64,000 nt of DNA, taken from the IMG/VR virus record IMGVR_UViG_3300036546_000248. The stretch is one strand, 5' to 3'. The notes under the pieces are model-generated. The model ran no database searches, was not told the DNA's origin, and saw only the letters and a list, made by a program, of their open reading frames with translations. Numbering within the stretch: the first letter of the stretch is position 1; the number at the start of each line of letters is the position of its first letter. Both the position numbers and the translations under genes were made by a program. Shown in pieces: positions 19,559-27,965 of the stretch. The stretch is from a virus. Lineage: Duplodnaviria > Caudoviricetes.

Positions 19559-19904
19559 AGTGACATTCCACGACTAGCACAGCTTGGGTTTGTTTACTGA
19601 CTCGAAGGTCACACTGACTCATGTGCTCTCCTAGGTAGTGGAACAGTACGTGCTCCAACGCATTCATGTAATCTAGGTACTGTTGGTGTAGGTGGGTCAC
19701 CGTTTCCGAGTACGCCACCCCTTCATCACCTAAGACCCGATCAAAGAATAAGTCGGCTAACACTTGACCGTCGCCCCTATTACCTAAGAGTTTCACAGCC
19801 AAACAACACAAGCTTTGCGACGACTCATTTAAGTACGTCAAGAGTTTAAGGGAGGGAGGTGGTAGTTCGGAGTTCGGGATTGCCAACACCACCACCGGAC
19901 TCAT
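19494..19904 (-). CDS. Hypothetical protein (overlap chain)
   Basis: 136 aa; ATGA-type overlap with the upstream gene. Confidence 0.6.
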   Translation of the reverse strand: MSPVVVLAIPNSELPPPSLKLLTYLNESSQSLCCLAVKLLGNRGDGQVLADLFFDRVLGDEGVAYSETVTHLHQQYLDYMNALEHVLFHYLGEHMSQCDLRVSKQTQAVLVVECHYDPIDPLESPDSDVRTRGATP

Positions 19905-20401
19905 CGCATTGCTTCCAGAGCACGGCGCACGCGTTCGGGTACGTAGTCACCGTTGTCTTCTGCTTCTTCCAACCACTCCTGTGCTTGTTCCTCAATATTG
20001 AAGGTGACAGGCGCAGCTCGCTCACGAAGGATTTCCACTAAGGTATCTCCCCGTCGAATCAGACGAAAGTTACAGACGTACTCGCTGATGTCGTACTCGA
20101 AGCTGAGGTTGAAGATTTGGTTCATCTGGTCACGCACCGCATCGAAGATCTCTTCGAGTTGGGTCGTCTCCAGTCCGTAATCAGCGATTTGTTTCTTGAT
20201 GACTTCACAACACGCCATCACATTACCGCTTATACGGTTCTCTACCAGTTGGTAGAGGATCGACTCCAGGTTCAGGTACTGAGCAGCGGCACCGAAGTGA
20301 TCGCATAGCGCAGTCTCCATAAACCCCAAGACCCGAGAGGTCTCAACCACCACCCGTCTAGGGTTTGATGGTGCTTCGGTATTTGTCCCAGAATAGTGCA
20401 C
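19901..20401 (-). CDS. Hypothetical protein (overlap chain)
   Basis: 166 aa acidic. Confidence 0.6.
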   Translation of the reverse strand: MHYSGTNTEAPSNPRRVVVETSRVLGFMETALCDHFGAAAQYLNLESILYQLVENRISGNVMACCEVIKKQIADYGLETTQLEEIFDAVRDQMNQIFNLSFEYDISEYVCNFRLIRRGDTLVEILRERAAPVTFNIEEQAQEWLEEAEDNGDYVPERVRRALEAMR

Positions 20402-20879
20402 GGTAATCTTCCCCGCGATTCAAAATGTAACTGTTACCCATCTGCTTGAGTGTGGCGTGATGCCAACTGGGTTCAATTGAGAAGGAGCTGGCAAGGTGGT
20501 CTTGGAGGAAACTGTCCAGAGGTTCGATCACCTCAAGCTCAATGATTTCACCCCATTTGAGCAAAGACGGGTTGGGATTTTTGGTTACGCCGACCACATT
20601 GGCAAAACCAGGAAAGATCCGTGCGATCAGACTCTCCATAACCTCGACTTCAAAGGATACTAACATATCCTTACGGTCCACCAGATTCAGCTCCTGCTCA
20701 TCTTCATACCACAACATTAGATCACGCAAACGCATGATAAAGAGGTGCCGCACCACGTGGGTACACACCGAGTTGCTAAAACGCAATTCTTCTTTCGGGA
20801 TCATCCCTTCTTCGATGATGTCGTGAAGTCTTGCCTTTAGGAACTCAACCCAATCACGGGTGGGGATAACGTATTTCAC
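20358..20879 (-). CDS. Hypothetical protein (first gene of overlap chain)
   Basis: 173 aa; GTG start with AAGGA RBS. Confidence 0.65.
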   Translation of the reverse strand: MKYVIPTRDWVEFLKARLHDIIEEGMIPKEELRFSNSVCTHVVRHLFIMRLRDLMLWYEDEQELNLVDRKDMLVSFEVEVMESLIARIFPGFANVVGVTKNPNPSLLKWGEIIELEVIEPLDSFLQDHLASSFSIEPSWHHATLKQMGNSYILNRGEDYRALFWDKYRSTIKP

Positions 20880-21054
20880 AGGTTAATCCTTTCTTTAAAG
20901 GGGTCGGCCACTTCACTAAGATGTTATAGGTTTGAAACTTCTTAGGATGCGTTACAAGGGGTTCTCTATAAAATACGTGGTCAGGTATTGTTTAACAGAC
21001 GAAAACGTTATCTGGCGCTTCCTAGAGGGCTTATAAAGGATTTAAGGAAAAGGC

Positions 21055-21083
21055 GGCATAAAGGGAGGGGCGAACCCCTCCCT
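21055..21083 (-). terminator. Hairpin plus TTATGCC element
   Basis: GGCATAA-AGGGAGGGG-CGAA-CCCCTCCCT on the plus strand. Confidence 0.75.
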
Positions 21084-21268
21084 CTACACCCCACCTTCTG
21101 GGTGGAAAGGAGTAAACTGACCGGCCTGGTAACGTACGAAGACTTCCCCTTAAGCAGCCCTGTACCTACCAGCGATGTTCTCTGTACGACACAACACCGT
21201 TCCCGAGTCGTTGTTGCATCAGAACATACACCAGCCTCGTTCACCCACTGAAAAACCGCTACCCCGCC

Positions 21269-21466
21269 CTACGGATTGTAATAACTTTGCTCGCTCCACC
21301 GTGCGCAAACAAACAAATGAACGGTGGCAAAGTCCGGGTCACTTCTGTATTCATCCACACAGCTTTCACCGAGACCCATAACTCGGTTATCCGTACACAC
21401 GGAGCAGCGCCATAGACGTTGCCAGCGGAGAACACTCGGTGTTAATCCATTGTCCGTGAAAGCCAA
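21269..21466 (-). CDS. Possible small Cys-containing protein
   Basis: 65 aa ORF in an otherwise empty gap; no clear RBS. Confidence 0.25.
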   Translation of the reverse strand: MAFTDNGLTPSVLRWQRLWRCSVCTDNRVMGLGESCVDEYRSDPDFATVHLFVCARWSEQSYYNP

Positions 21467-21520
21467 CGGATTTTTTTTTTCAGTACCGATTAGATCGCAT
21501 ACTATAGGGCAAAGCCCCGA

Positions 21521-21548
21521 GAAAAAAAAAAGGAGGCCGAAGCCTCCT
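21521..21548 (-). terminator. Intrinsic terminator
   Basis: AGGAGGC-CGAA-GCCTCCT with an 11-nt U-tract on the minus strand. Confidence 0.8.
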
Positions 21549-21565
21549 GAGGTTTTTGTGCCACC

Positions 21566-21988
21566 TCAGGGAATCTGAGGCAGTCCAACGAGCTGAGAAA
21601 CAAGGTTGCGGCGGTACTTATACCATCCATCTGGGTGGGTGTGTAATCCGGCTTCTTGGCTAGCACGACGGATGCTGTCATCGTCCTCAAAAAGCAGGGG
21701 TACCGGAAAATAGCGATAGCAACCAGGTTGACCTGAACGTACCAGTGTGTGTTTGGAACGTCCCTCCCAATTACCAGTTTCAATACCTCGCTTGATCAGT
21801 TCGATCATGGAGGTGCCTTCATTAGACAGGCTCTGAATGTTGGTGTAGTGGGTGTGAGTCCGCGCAGGGTCATCCAGTTGCGGGGTGATGTTACGGATGA
21901 AGACAGTCCCTTCTTCATCATGTTCAATCGTATTGCCGTTATTAAGCCGCACGTAAGACTTATCGGCATTAATGGTAATATCTACCAT
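21566..21988 (-). CDS. Hypothetical protein
   Basis: 140 aa from MVDITIN with GGAG RBS. Confidence 0.6.
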   Translation of the reverse strand: MVDITINADKSYVRLNNGNTIEHDEEGTVFIRNITPQLDDPARTHTHYTNIQSLSNEGTSMIELIKRGIETGNWEGRSKHTLVRSGQPGCYRYFPVPLLFEDDDSIRRASQEAGLHTHPDGWYKYRRNLVSQLVGLPQIP

Positions 21989-22340
21989 GAGTTTTACTCC
22001 ACGTGTATTTCCGTACGAGTTGATAGGACTGGTATTCGAATGCAAACGACACGCACCCGAAGGCCAAAGGTCCCCACCACCCTAGGAAAATGAAAGGGAT
22101 GATACCGACCACAACAGTCATAAACGTCAAGCTGGCTTGGTCAGTTGCTGACTTCAACCAAATCTCAACGGCCTTCCCCCCCAACACTGCTAGGCAGAGT
22201 GCTCTAGCGCCCGCATAGAAAGTCCACACCATTGCGATACGATGAGTTAACGCAAGGCCTGCCCATTTATATATCCCCAGCATCCCTACTGCTATGATGA
22301 GGTAGATCACAAAAGGTATTACACCCTTGCTAGTTTTCAT
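21969..22340 (-). CDS. Membrane protein with 3-4 predicted TM helices
   Basis: Long hydrophobic stretches separated by short basic loops. Confidence 0.65.
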   Translation of the reverse strand: MKTSKGVIPFVIYLIIAVGMLGIYKWAGLALTHRIAMVWTFYAGARALCLAVLGGKAVEIWLKSATDQASLTFMTVVVGIIPFIFLGWWGPLAFGCVSFAFEYQSYQLVRKYTWSKTHGRYYH

Positions 22341-22396
22341 GTTGGCTACTTCTTATTTCCGTTTTAGTTTTAGTCTCACCGTTAGGAGCACGTCCC

Positions 22397-23008
22397 ATGA
22401 CGGCTAAACTTACTTCCCTCTTCGACACAAATCTCAGTTTGGTTTATAGTGCCGAAGGGATCGAGTTGGTTGATGCGGCTAAACGCCGTGACGCACCCTC
22501 GATTTACATTCTGTTGACGGACACCAAGACCCAGTTTAGCAAAGTCAGTAAACTGATTACGGGTGATCCCTACAACCATGTGTCCTTGATGTTAACCGAC
22601 AGTTTCGACGATCCTATCTACACCTACGCCTTGAACAACGGCATCAGTTCACTTAAGGGCGGTTTCATGGTGGAAGATCGTTCTAACTTGTACGGTTCAT
22701 TTTATTCGCTTTACGAGTTAAAAGTAACAGGCGCAGCGTACCGTCAGATCAAGGAACGGGTAGAGTACCTTGCGGCAAATCCCAATCAGACTCGGTATAA
22801 CCATCTGGGTTTGTTCAACGCCATCTTCCGCAAGAATATCTTTTCCTCTGAGGACGGGCAGATCTCCATCTGTTCTGAATTCGTGGTTGAGGTCTTACGC
22901 TTTGGCGGCATAGAACTCTTAAAGGGTAGACTCGGTAGCACCATCCGGCCTTACGACCTGGTGCGCTCCAAGCTACTGAAATTTGTACGCCGAGGCAAAA
23001 TCAACTAG
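22397..23008 (+). CDS. Permuted papain-like (YiiX/NlpC-P60 permuted) amidase
   Basis: His motif YNHVSL precedes the Cys motif ICSEFV, plus YNHLGL and IRPYDL; AGGAG RBS. Confidence 0.72.
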   Translation: MTAKLTSLFDTNLSLVYSAEGIELVDAAKRRDAPSIYILLTDTKTQFSKVSKLITGDPYNHVSLMLTDSFDDPIYTYALNNGISSLKGGFMVEDRSNLYGSFYSLYELKVTGAAYRQIKERVEYLAANPNQTRYNHLGLFNAIFRKNIFSSEDGQISICSEFVVEVLRFGGIELLKGRLGSTIRPYDLVRSKLLKFVRRGKIN

Positions 23009-23383
23009 ACGGCATAATTAGGAAACGCCCCCGTCTCGACTCGAGTCAGGTCTGAGTGTCTTTTGCTTCGCTGCTGCCTCAAAGGGCTGCTGCTAGCTTG
23101 GACTACTGCCTGGGCTGCGGCCGAGGGGGGGTGTTCTTTACTGCTTTTGAAGCTATCAAGCAAACCCTAGGGGGGTGGACAGCTGATAGAGGCCGTTCGT
23201 CCTAGGTGTGTTACTATTAACGACTGCTGGGTTGGTAAACCCTTTACTGCCGAACTTAATCGGTTCATATATATAGCGCATCAATAGACGCTTCTATCTT
23301 AAACCATGGCCCTGAACCCTGTGAACTGGCGGGGGGTTTTATGCCGCGCGTTAAAAGGCCGCGGACTCACCTCAGATATATGT

Positions 23384-23824
23384 TCAAAGATAGACGCTCC
23401 GTTGACCGCCAGCACTGACCGAACCACCCAAATGACTTGGCGCCATTGGTAGCATAAGGTCAGCATGATGAGTAGCAGAAAGAAAAAGATTCCTTGTATG
23501 CTCGCATGGACGGTTGATGGGAAATAGGAGACGTCTGCGCCTTACAGGCACCTTAAGCCTGGGGTGCGAATCTCCCACCAATGTGCGTCGCCTAGGCCAA
23601 CTCTCATCCACTACAAACCCGTAAGCTGTTTTAACACGGGGAATATCGATTCCTTCTCGTGTTACTGCCTCGTGTTGAAAGGACCGTAAAGTGTAAGCCT
23701 TCTGCGACCAGCCGTTGGAGGTGGTATAGTAGCCGACATCCACACCCTGAACTTCAACCCCCGCTGGGATTCCCTGATTCAGCAAGTGCGCCAACGCCAA
23801 TGCACCCATACCACCGATGATCAA
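23384..23824 (-). CDS. Doubtful hypothetical protein
   Basis: 146 aa ORF with TTG start and weak RBS, downstream of a strong hairpin; C-terminal half looks non-coding. Confidence 0.25.
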   Translation of the reverse strand: MIIGGMGALALAHLLNQGIPAGVEVQGVDVGYYTTSNGWSQKAYTLRSFQHEAVTREGIDIPRVKTAYGFVVDESWPRRRTLVGDSHPRLKVPVRRRRLLFPINRPCEHTRNLFLSATHHADLMLPMAPSHLGGSVSAGGQRSVYL

Positions 23825-23854
23825 GACTCTTATACAAAGCCCCTTATTAAAAAT

Positions 23855-23908
23855 GGTGGGTTGGTAGAGCGACCAGGAAAAGGTATCGCTCTAGGCTCCA
23901 ACCCCACC
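23855..23908 (-). terminator. Long interrupted hairpin followed by U-tract
   Basis: GGTGGG TTGG TAGAGCGA ... TCGCTCTA ... CCAA CCCCACC; ATTTTT follows on the minus strand. Confidence 0.65.
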
Positions 23909-23914
23909 AAAACC

Positions 23915-24076
23915 TTAACAGACCATCTCGGGAACCGGGATGCCCAACTCTTCGCACCGTTTCTCCAAATCAGCTTGGGCTTGTTGAAACTGCTCAATCC
24001 GCTTCAAAGTCTCTTCTCGAGCCTTCGGATTCGGTGTGGGTAGCTTCAAGTCGCTTAACTTGATTGGACGGAGCAT
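23915..24076 (-). CDS. Small helical protein of 53 aa, not in the ORF track
   Basis: MLRPIKLSDLKLPTPNPKAREETLKRIEQFQQAQADLEKRCEELGIPVPEMVC with GAGGA RBS. Confidence 0.6.
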   Translation of the reverse strand: MLRPIKLSDLKLPTPNPKAREETLKRIEQFQQAQADLEKRCEELGIPVPEMVC

Positions 24077-24273
24077 GTGGTGTCCTCATATGGATAACGT
24101 TCGAGCATCGCGATTCGCTTGCGAGTCAAACCCATACACAGTACAAACTGGAACAATCCCAGCCCCACTGCCGCATGCCAGGAAAACAAACTTCCAATGG
24201 CTGCACCTATCACTGCACAGAATACGACGAACAAGGTGCGTAAAACCAAATACTCTTTTTGCTCTTGCGTCAC
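24055..24273 (-). CDS. Small membrane protein
   Basis: 72 aa with two hydrophobic segments. Confidence 0.55.
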   Translation of the reverse strand: MTQEQKEYLVLRTLFVVFCAVIGAAIGSLFSWHAAVGLGLFQFVLCMGLTRKRIAMLERYPYEDTTCSVQSS

Positions 24274-24316
24274 GATGATGAAGTCCTATTTCAATGGTGG
24301 TGTTTAAGACAATGTA

Positions 24317-24796
24317 TTACCAACCAGCGCTGGGCGGTGGATTGTTATTAATCGTAACCTTCTTCGTACGGACCCAACTACGAATGTCTATCCGTGTGGG
24401 TGCTTTGGTCATACGAATGGTCTCCTTTGTTTTGTATTCACTCTGGAAGTTATTGACCGCATTCCCAACTAACTCCCAGTGGTCTGTCGACTTGGGTTTA
24501 AACTCGTGGAGGAATACTGGACACTCCAAAAGTTCCTTAAGTCCCACCTGTCGATGTTTGGACGATAGTTCAATCACGAGTATGTCACCCTCGATCTTAA
24601 AACGATCTAACTCAAAAGACTTCTCGATAGACGACGCCCATCCGAGTCCTATGGCCGATTCTTTATCCGTGGTAGCGTAAAGGTACCGGTTGGATTCAGT
24701 CTCATCCCATTTAATTTCTTTTCCCGTGTGTTCATAACCTGGCTTTAATACAAGGTCATTAAAGCCAGTGCCGTGATATAATTTACTGGGAAGCAT
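24317..24796 (-). CDS. ADP-ribosyltransferase-fold-like protein
   Basis: LYHGT followed by YLYATTDKESA resembles the H-G-[ST] and Y-x-[ST] strands of ART folds. Confidence 0.45.
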   Translation of the reverse strand: MLPSKLYHGTGFNDLVLKPGYEHTGKEIKWDETESNRYLYATTDKESAIGLGWASSIEKSFELDRFKIEGDILVIELSSKHRQVGLKELLECPVFLHEFKPKSTDHWELVGNAVNNFQSEYKTKETIRMTKAPTRIDIRSWVRTKKVTINNNPPPSAGW

Positions 24797-24809
24797 CTGA
24801 CATCCTTAC

Positions 24810-25010
24810 TTATCCCAAACCGATGCCCGAAGGACGATTAACCACCAGATGTTTCTCGGGGTCGTACTTTTCTTGCGGGAACTGGTTGTGCCAGGGTTGG
24901 CTCATGCAGCAGGTACAGAGCCACTTACCTGACGGCCACGGTTGTGATACCGGTGACAGCTCATCAAGGTCAACCGTTCCACAATTGTCGCAAACAAACA
25001 AGTGGCTCAT
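24810..25010 (-). CDS. Small zinc-finger protein
   Basis: CDNC...CTCC; immediately downstream of phuZ. Confidence 0.65.
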   Translation of the reverse strand: MSHLFVCDNCGTVDLDELSPVSQPWPSGKWLCTCCMSQPWHNQFPQEKYDPEKHLVVNRPSGIGLG

Positions 25011-25020
25011 ATAGTACCTC

Positions 25021-26001
25021 TTACAGAACCAAACCGTCGTCTTGTGCTTCGTCCAGATCCACGATCTTGCGGGTCTGTACGCGGCTATCGCGACGAGCGT
25101 TGTAGTCGTTACGGGTTTCCTCGAGCTTCTCGTAAGTCGCGCCGAGGTGTTGGGTCGAGATCACGAAATGGATCTCTTCGATGTCCTGCACCTTGTGCTG
25201 GAAGTAACCAGTTGCCGAGTAGTCCGGCACCGGATCGGTAAGATGCGGTTGGTCACGATCAGCGTAGAGGCTGGCCACCGAGATCGGATCGGTGATGCTC
25301 TTGGCCGACTTCTGGTCGATGAAGATGTCCAGCAGCGAGAGCTGCGGCGCCACTTCGGTCGAGTGGTTGTAACGCAGCCAGTGACTGACGTCTTTGGTAT
25401 CCAGCTCGGCATTCTGACGCGAAGCCAGGTACGACAGGCAGGAGGTAGCGAACGCCAGCTTTTTGTCCACCGCGCTGCGGGTGTTGTCGCCACCGTTGTG
25501 CAGGTAGTAGGTCACGACAGGGGCCGATTCCTTCTTACTGATAGCCGCCAACGATTTCAGGGTGTTGACGGTGTTGTTGGCAGTGATGTTCGATTCCGAA
25601 GAACCGGCAGTCAGTACCACGACCGGCAACCCGCGCGCCAGCAGTTCGGAGACGATCAGCGGACCCAGAACAGAACCCGAGCCACCGGAGGCCGAGAACA
25701 CGACGATGTTGAACTCACCAGGCTGCTGCGATTGCAGGATGTGCTTGATGGAGCTGGAGATCTGAGCGTGGTTCTCACGACGCACCTTACCGGAACCGTC
25801 GGTGTTGTCGAGGATGTAGATCTTTTCCTCGGGGATTTCCGGAGTCAGGTTGGAGCGACTGGTGTCGATGAACGCCGGATCGATCGCAGCGAACCCATCA
25901 CCTCCCTGACTCTTCAGGTAGTTTGCAGCGAAATTGACCCCGAGGCCCCCACACCCAAAAATTCGAACGGTACCGACACCAGAAACGTTTTTATCGCTCA
26001 T
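25021..26001 (-). CDS. phuZ: PhuZ phage tubulin
   Basis: GCGGLG loop, tubulin signature ASGGSGS, IDTS and DGSGKVR; acidic C-terminal DDGLVL; 326 aa. Confidence 0.93.
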   Translation of the reverse strand: MSDKNVSGVGTVRIFGCGGLGVNFAANYLKSQGGDGFAAIDPAFIDTSRSNLTPEIPEEKIYILDNTDGSGKVRRENHAQISSSIKHILQSQQPGEFNIVVFSASGGSGSVLGPLIVSELLARGLPVVVLTAGSSESNITANNTVNTLKSLAAISKKESAPVVTYYLHNGGDNTRSAVDKKLAFATSCLSYLASRQNAELDTKDVSHWLRYNHSTEVAPQLSLLDIFIDQKSAKSITDPISVASLYADRDQPHLTDPVPDYSATGYFQHKVQDIEEIHFVISTQHLGATYEKLEETRNDYNARRDSRVQTRKIVDLDEAQDDGLVL

Positions 26002-26128
26002 ATGAATTCACCTTGTATTCAGGTTAAGTTTAGTACATAGGGATTACCGTTTATAGGTTGGGTAGATCCCTACATGGGTTTATGCTGGCATCTCTTCAAA
26101 GAAATACCAAACACATATCTTTTTTTAC

Positions 26129-26728
26129 TTACAACAAATCCACGAGGTCGCGTTGTTCTTGAAGCTCCTGTTTAAACGCCTGTGTGTACAGGTTTGGATA
26201 GCGGGCATAACCTTGACTACCAAACTTCTCTTTAATGTGTGTCAATGCTCCTTTACGGGCGGCTTCGTGATTATCCCCTCGATGGAGTCGATACTCAATG
26301 GCGCGTTGGAGCATGCCTTTAAGATTCTTATCCGGGAACCCCCGATCTGCTGAGGACATCAATTCAGCAAACTGGTTGGTAAACGGCTGCTGGTTAGACG
26401 CCCGGTGTTCACGACAACCTGAGGCCACCAAAGAACGCTCTTCAGGGTCCAATTGAGCGATCAGTGGGTAATCAGTAGTCATGATCCACTCACCGGACAT
26501 CAGGTGGTGGTTGTAACGACTCCACGAAAACAAGTCGTGGAAATAAGCAACCAACAGAATAAGTTTGGGGTTAAAACCCAAACGTAATTTATTGTTGATG
26601 TGGAGTCCTGTCAACTCTACGTTGCGGAAATGGTCTACTCGATGGGCGGCATCATTCAACGACCACGCATGAGAGAAGTCACTGATGATGGTGAGCCGCA
26701 TGTCATCGAGTTCATCTTTGTTCGACAT
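26129..26728 (-). CDS. HD-domain phosphohydrolase
   Basis: HRVDH...YFHD...EHRAS...SADRG; start MSNKD with AGGAG RBS. Confidence 0.8.
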   Translation of the reverse strand: MSNKDELDDMRLTIISDFSHAWSLNDAAHRVDHFRNVELTGLHINNKLRLGFNPKLILLVAYFHDLFSWSRYNHHLMSGEWIMTTDYPLIAQLDPEERSLVASGCREHRASNQQPFTNQFAELMSSADRGFPDKNLKGMLQRAIEYRLHRGDNHEAARKGALTHIKEKFGSQGYARYPNLYTQAFKQELQEQRDLVDLL

Positions 26729-26759
26729 CTTCATTCTCCTAAGAATTGCTGGGTTGGGT

Positions 26760-26972
26760 TTATTTATCGCTGAGGGCAAAAGCCTTGTTAGCGAACTCGA
26801 GGGCTTTTTTCATACAGGCATCTTTAACCGGACCTTCACGATGACTGTCAGCTTCAATAACCATCAGGTCGGCCTGTTGAAAGAACTGCTCCGCCTTACG
26901 ACGGTTCTCCCAACGTTTGACTGCATGTGCTGCACGCTTTCCCCAATGTACAGGGTTAATCCATTTGAACAT
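26760..26972 (-). CDS. Small hypothetical protein
   Basis: 70 aa from MFKWINP with GGAG RBS. Confidence 0.55.
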   Translation of the reverse strand: MFKWINPVHWGKRAAHAVKRWENRRKAEQFFQQADLMVIEADSHREGPVKDACMKKALEFANKAFALSDK

Positions 26973-27101
26973 GATAGTGCTCCAATCGACTGAAGGCTGG
27001 ACATTACTTCCCACAGATAGTATACACCTGAATTATTTTCCAATAAGAGATTGACTTACCCGCAATTTTATAGAAGGGGAAACTAACGTAGGACCTTAAC
27101 T

Positions 27102-27920
27102 ATGAACGCCATTCAAAAAGCTCTAAAGGACATTCGAACCAGTATCCCCAAAGAGATCCTGGAACGTACGTTCTTAACCCAAAACATGTCTGCCTTCGGT
27201 GGACGTCATAACTTCCAACCTTTGTCGTTGGATCAACGCATTCGTGAGGCTGTGATCGATGGAATTGTTTTGCCGGATTGTCATCTTGTGGGTGGCACTG
27301 AAGTCACTGTCCCGCTTGGCTCAGTACGTCCCGAGTACGTCAACTCGTACAACCTCGTTTATCGGGTGCCGAAGCACCTCACCCAACAGCGCAGTATCGT
27401 CCGTGTTCTCCATATAACCTTCGGTGATGGCGGTATCGCAGGGTCGATGAACCTAGGCCTTCAAGGCCGCTCTGCGGTATTGGACAAAGCCCAAGGGGTT
27501 TTGCAGTCACGCCTGCCGATTCCGATTGTCTCTACCGCCAACATTGAGTTGATCGGTGAAAACACTGTACTGGTGCGAGAGAACATTGCCATGCCAGGCA
27601 ATCCGTACCTGCGGTGTGTGGTCGAGAACGATGCTGAACTCAATGGCTTCTTACCTGCAGCCATTTTGGTGTTTGGTAAGATGTGTGTGTTGGCCTGTAA
27701 GGGCTACATCTACAACAACATCAACATCAGTATGGACCAAGCCCAGCTCTCGGGTGGTATGGCCTTAGGTCGGTTTCGTGAAGTGGTGGACGGGTATTCC
27801 GACGCCATGGAACAATACCAAACCATGTTCGATGAACGCTGGCGAAAGGTGGCGCTCCTCAGTGACCCGAGTCAACATTCAAGACACCTTAAAATGATTA
27901 CTGGTGGTCGTTGGGGCTAA
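27102..27920 (+). CDS. Conserved chimallivirus protein, probably virion structural
   Basis: 272 aa with AGGA RBS, late-type orientation. Confidence 0.6.
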   Translation: MNAIQKALKDIRTSIPKEILERTFLTQNMSAFGGRHNFQPLSLDQRIREAVIDGIVLPDCHLVGGTEVTVPLGSVRPEYVNSYNLVYRVPKHLTQQRSIVRVLHITFGDGGIAGSMNLGLQGRSAVLDKAQGVLQSRLPIPIVSTANIELIGENTVLVRENIAMPGNPYLRCVVENDAELNGFLPAAILVFGKMCVLACKGYIYNNINISMDQAQLSGGMALGRFREVVDGYSDAMEQYQTMFDERWRKVALLSDPSQHSRHLKMITGGRWG

Positions 27921-27965
27921 CACAACCAGAGGAGGGGACGGTCCCCTCCTCGTAAGGATTTCTTT

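Noticed and set aside
23786-24680. Plus-strand ORFs 23786-24043, 24036-24278 and 24294-24680
   Set aside because: They overlap better-supported minus-strand genes and lack RBSs.
25042-26040. 332-aa plus-strand ORF over phuZ, and similar ORFs at 342-1163, 1456-2430, 2718-3602, 12265-13296, 39868-40779
   Set aside because: Same antisense codon-bias artefact.
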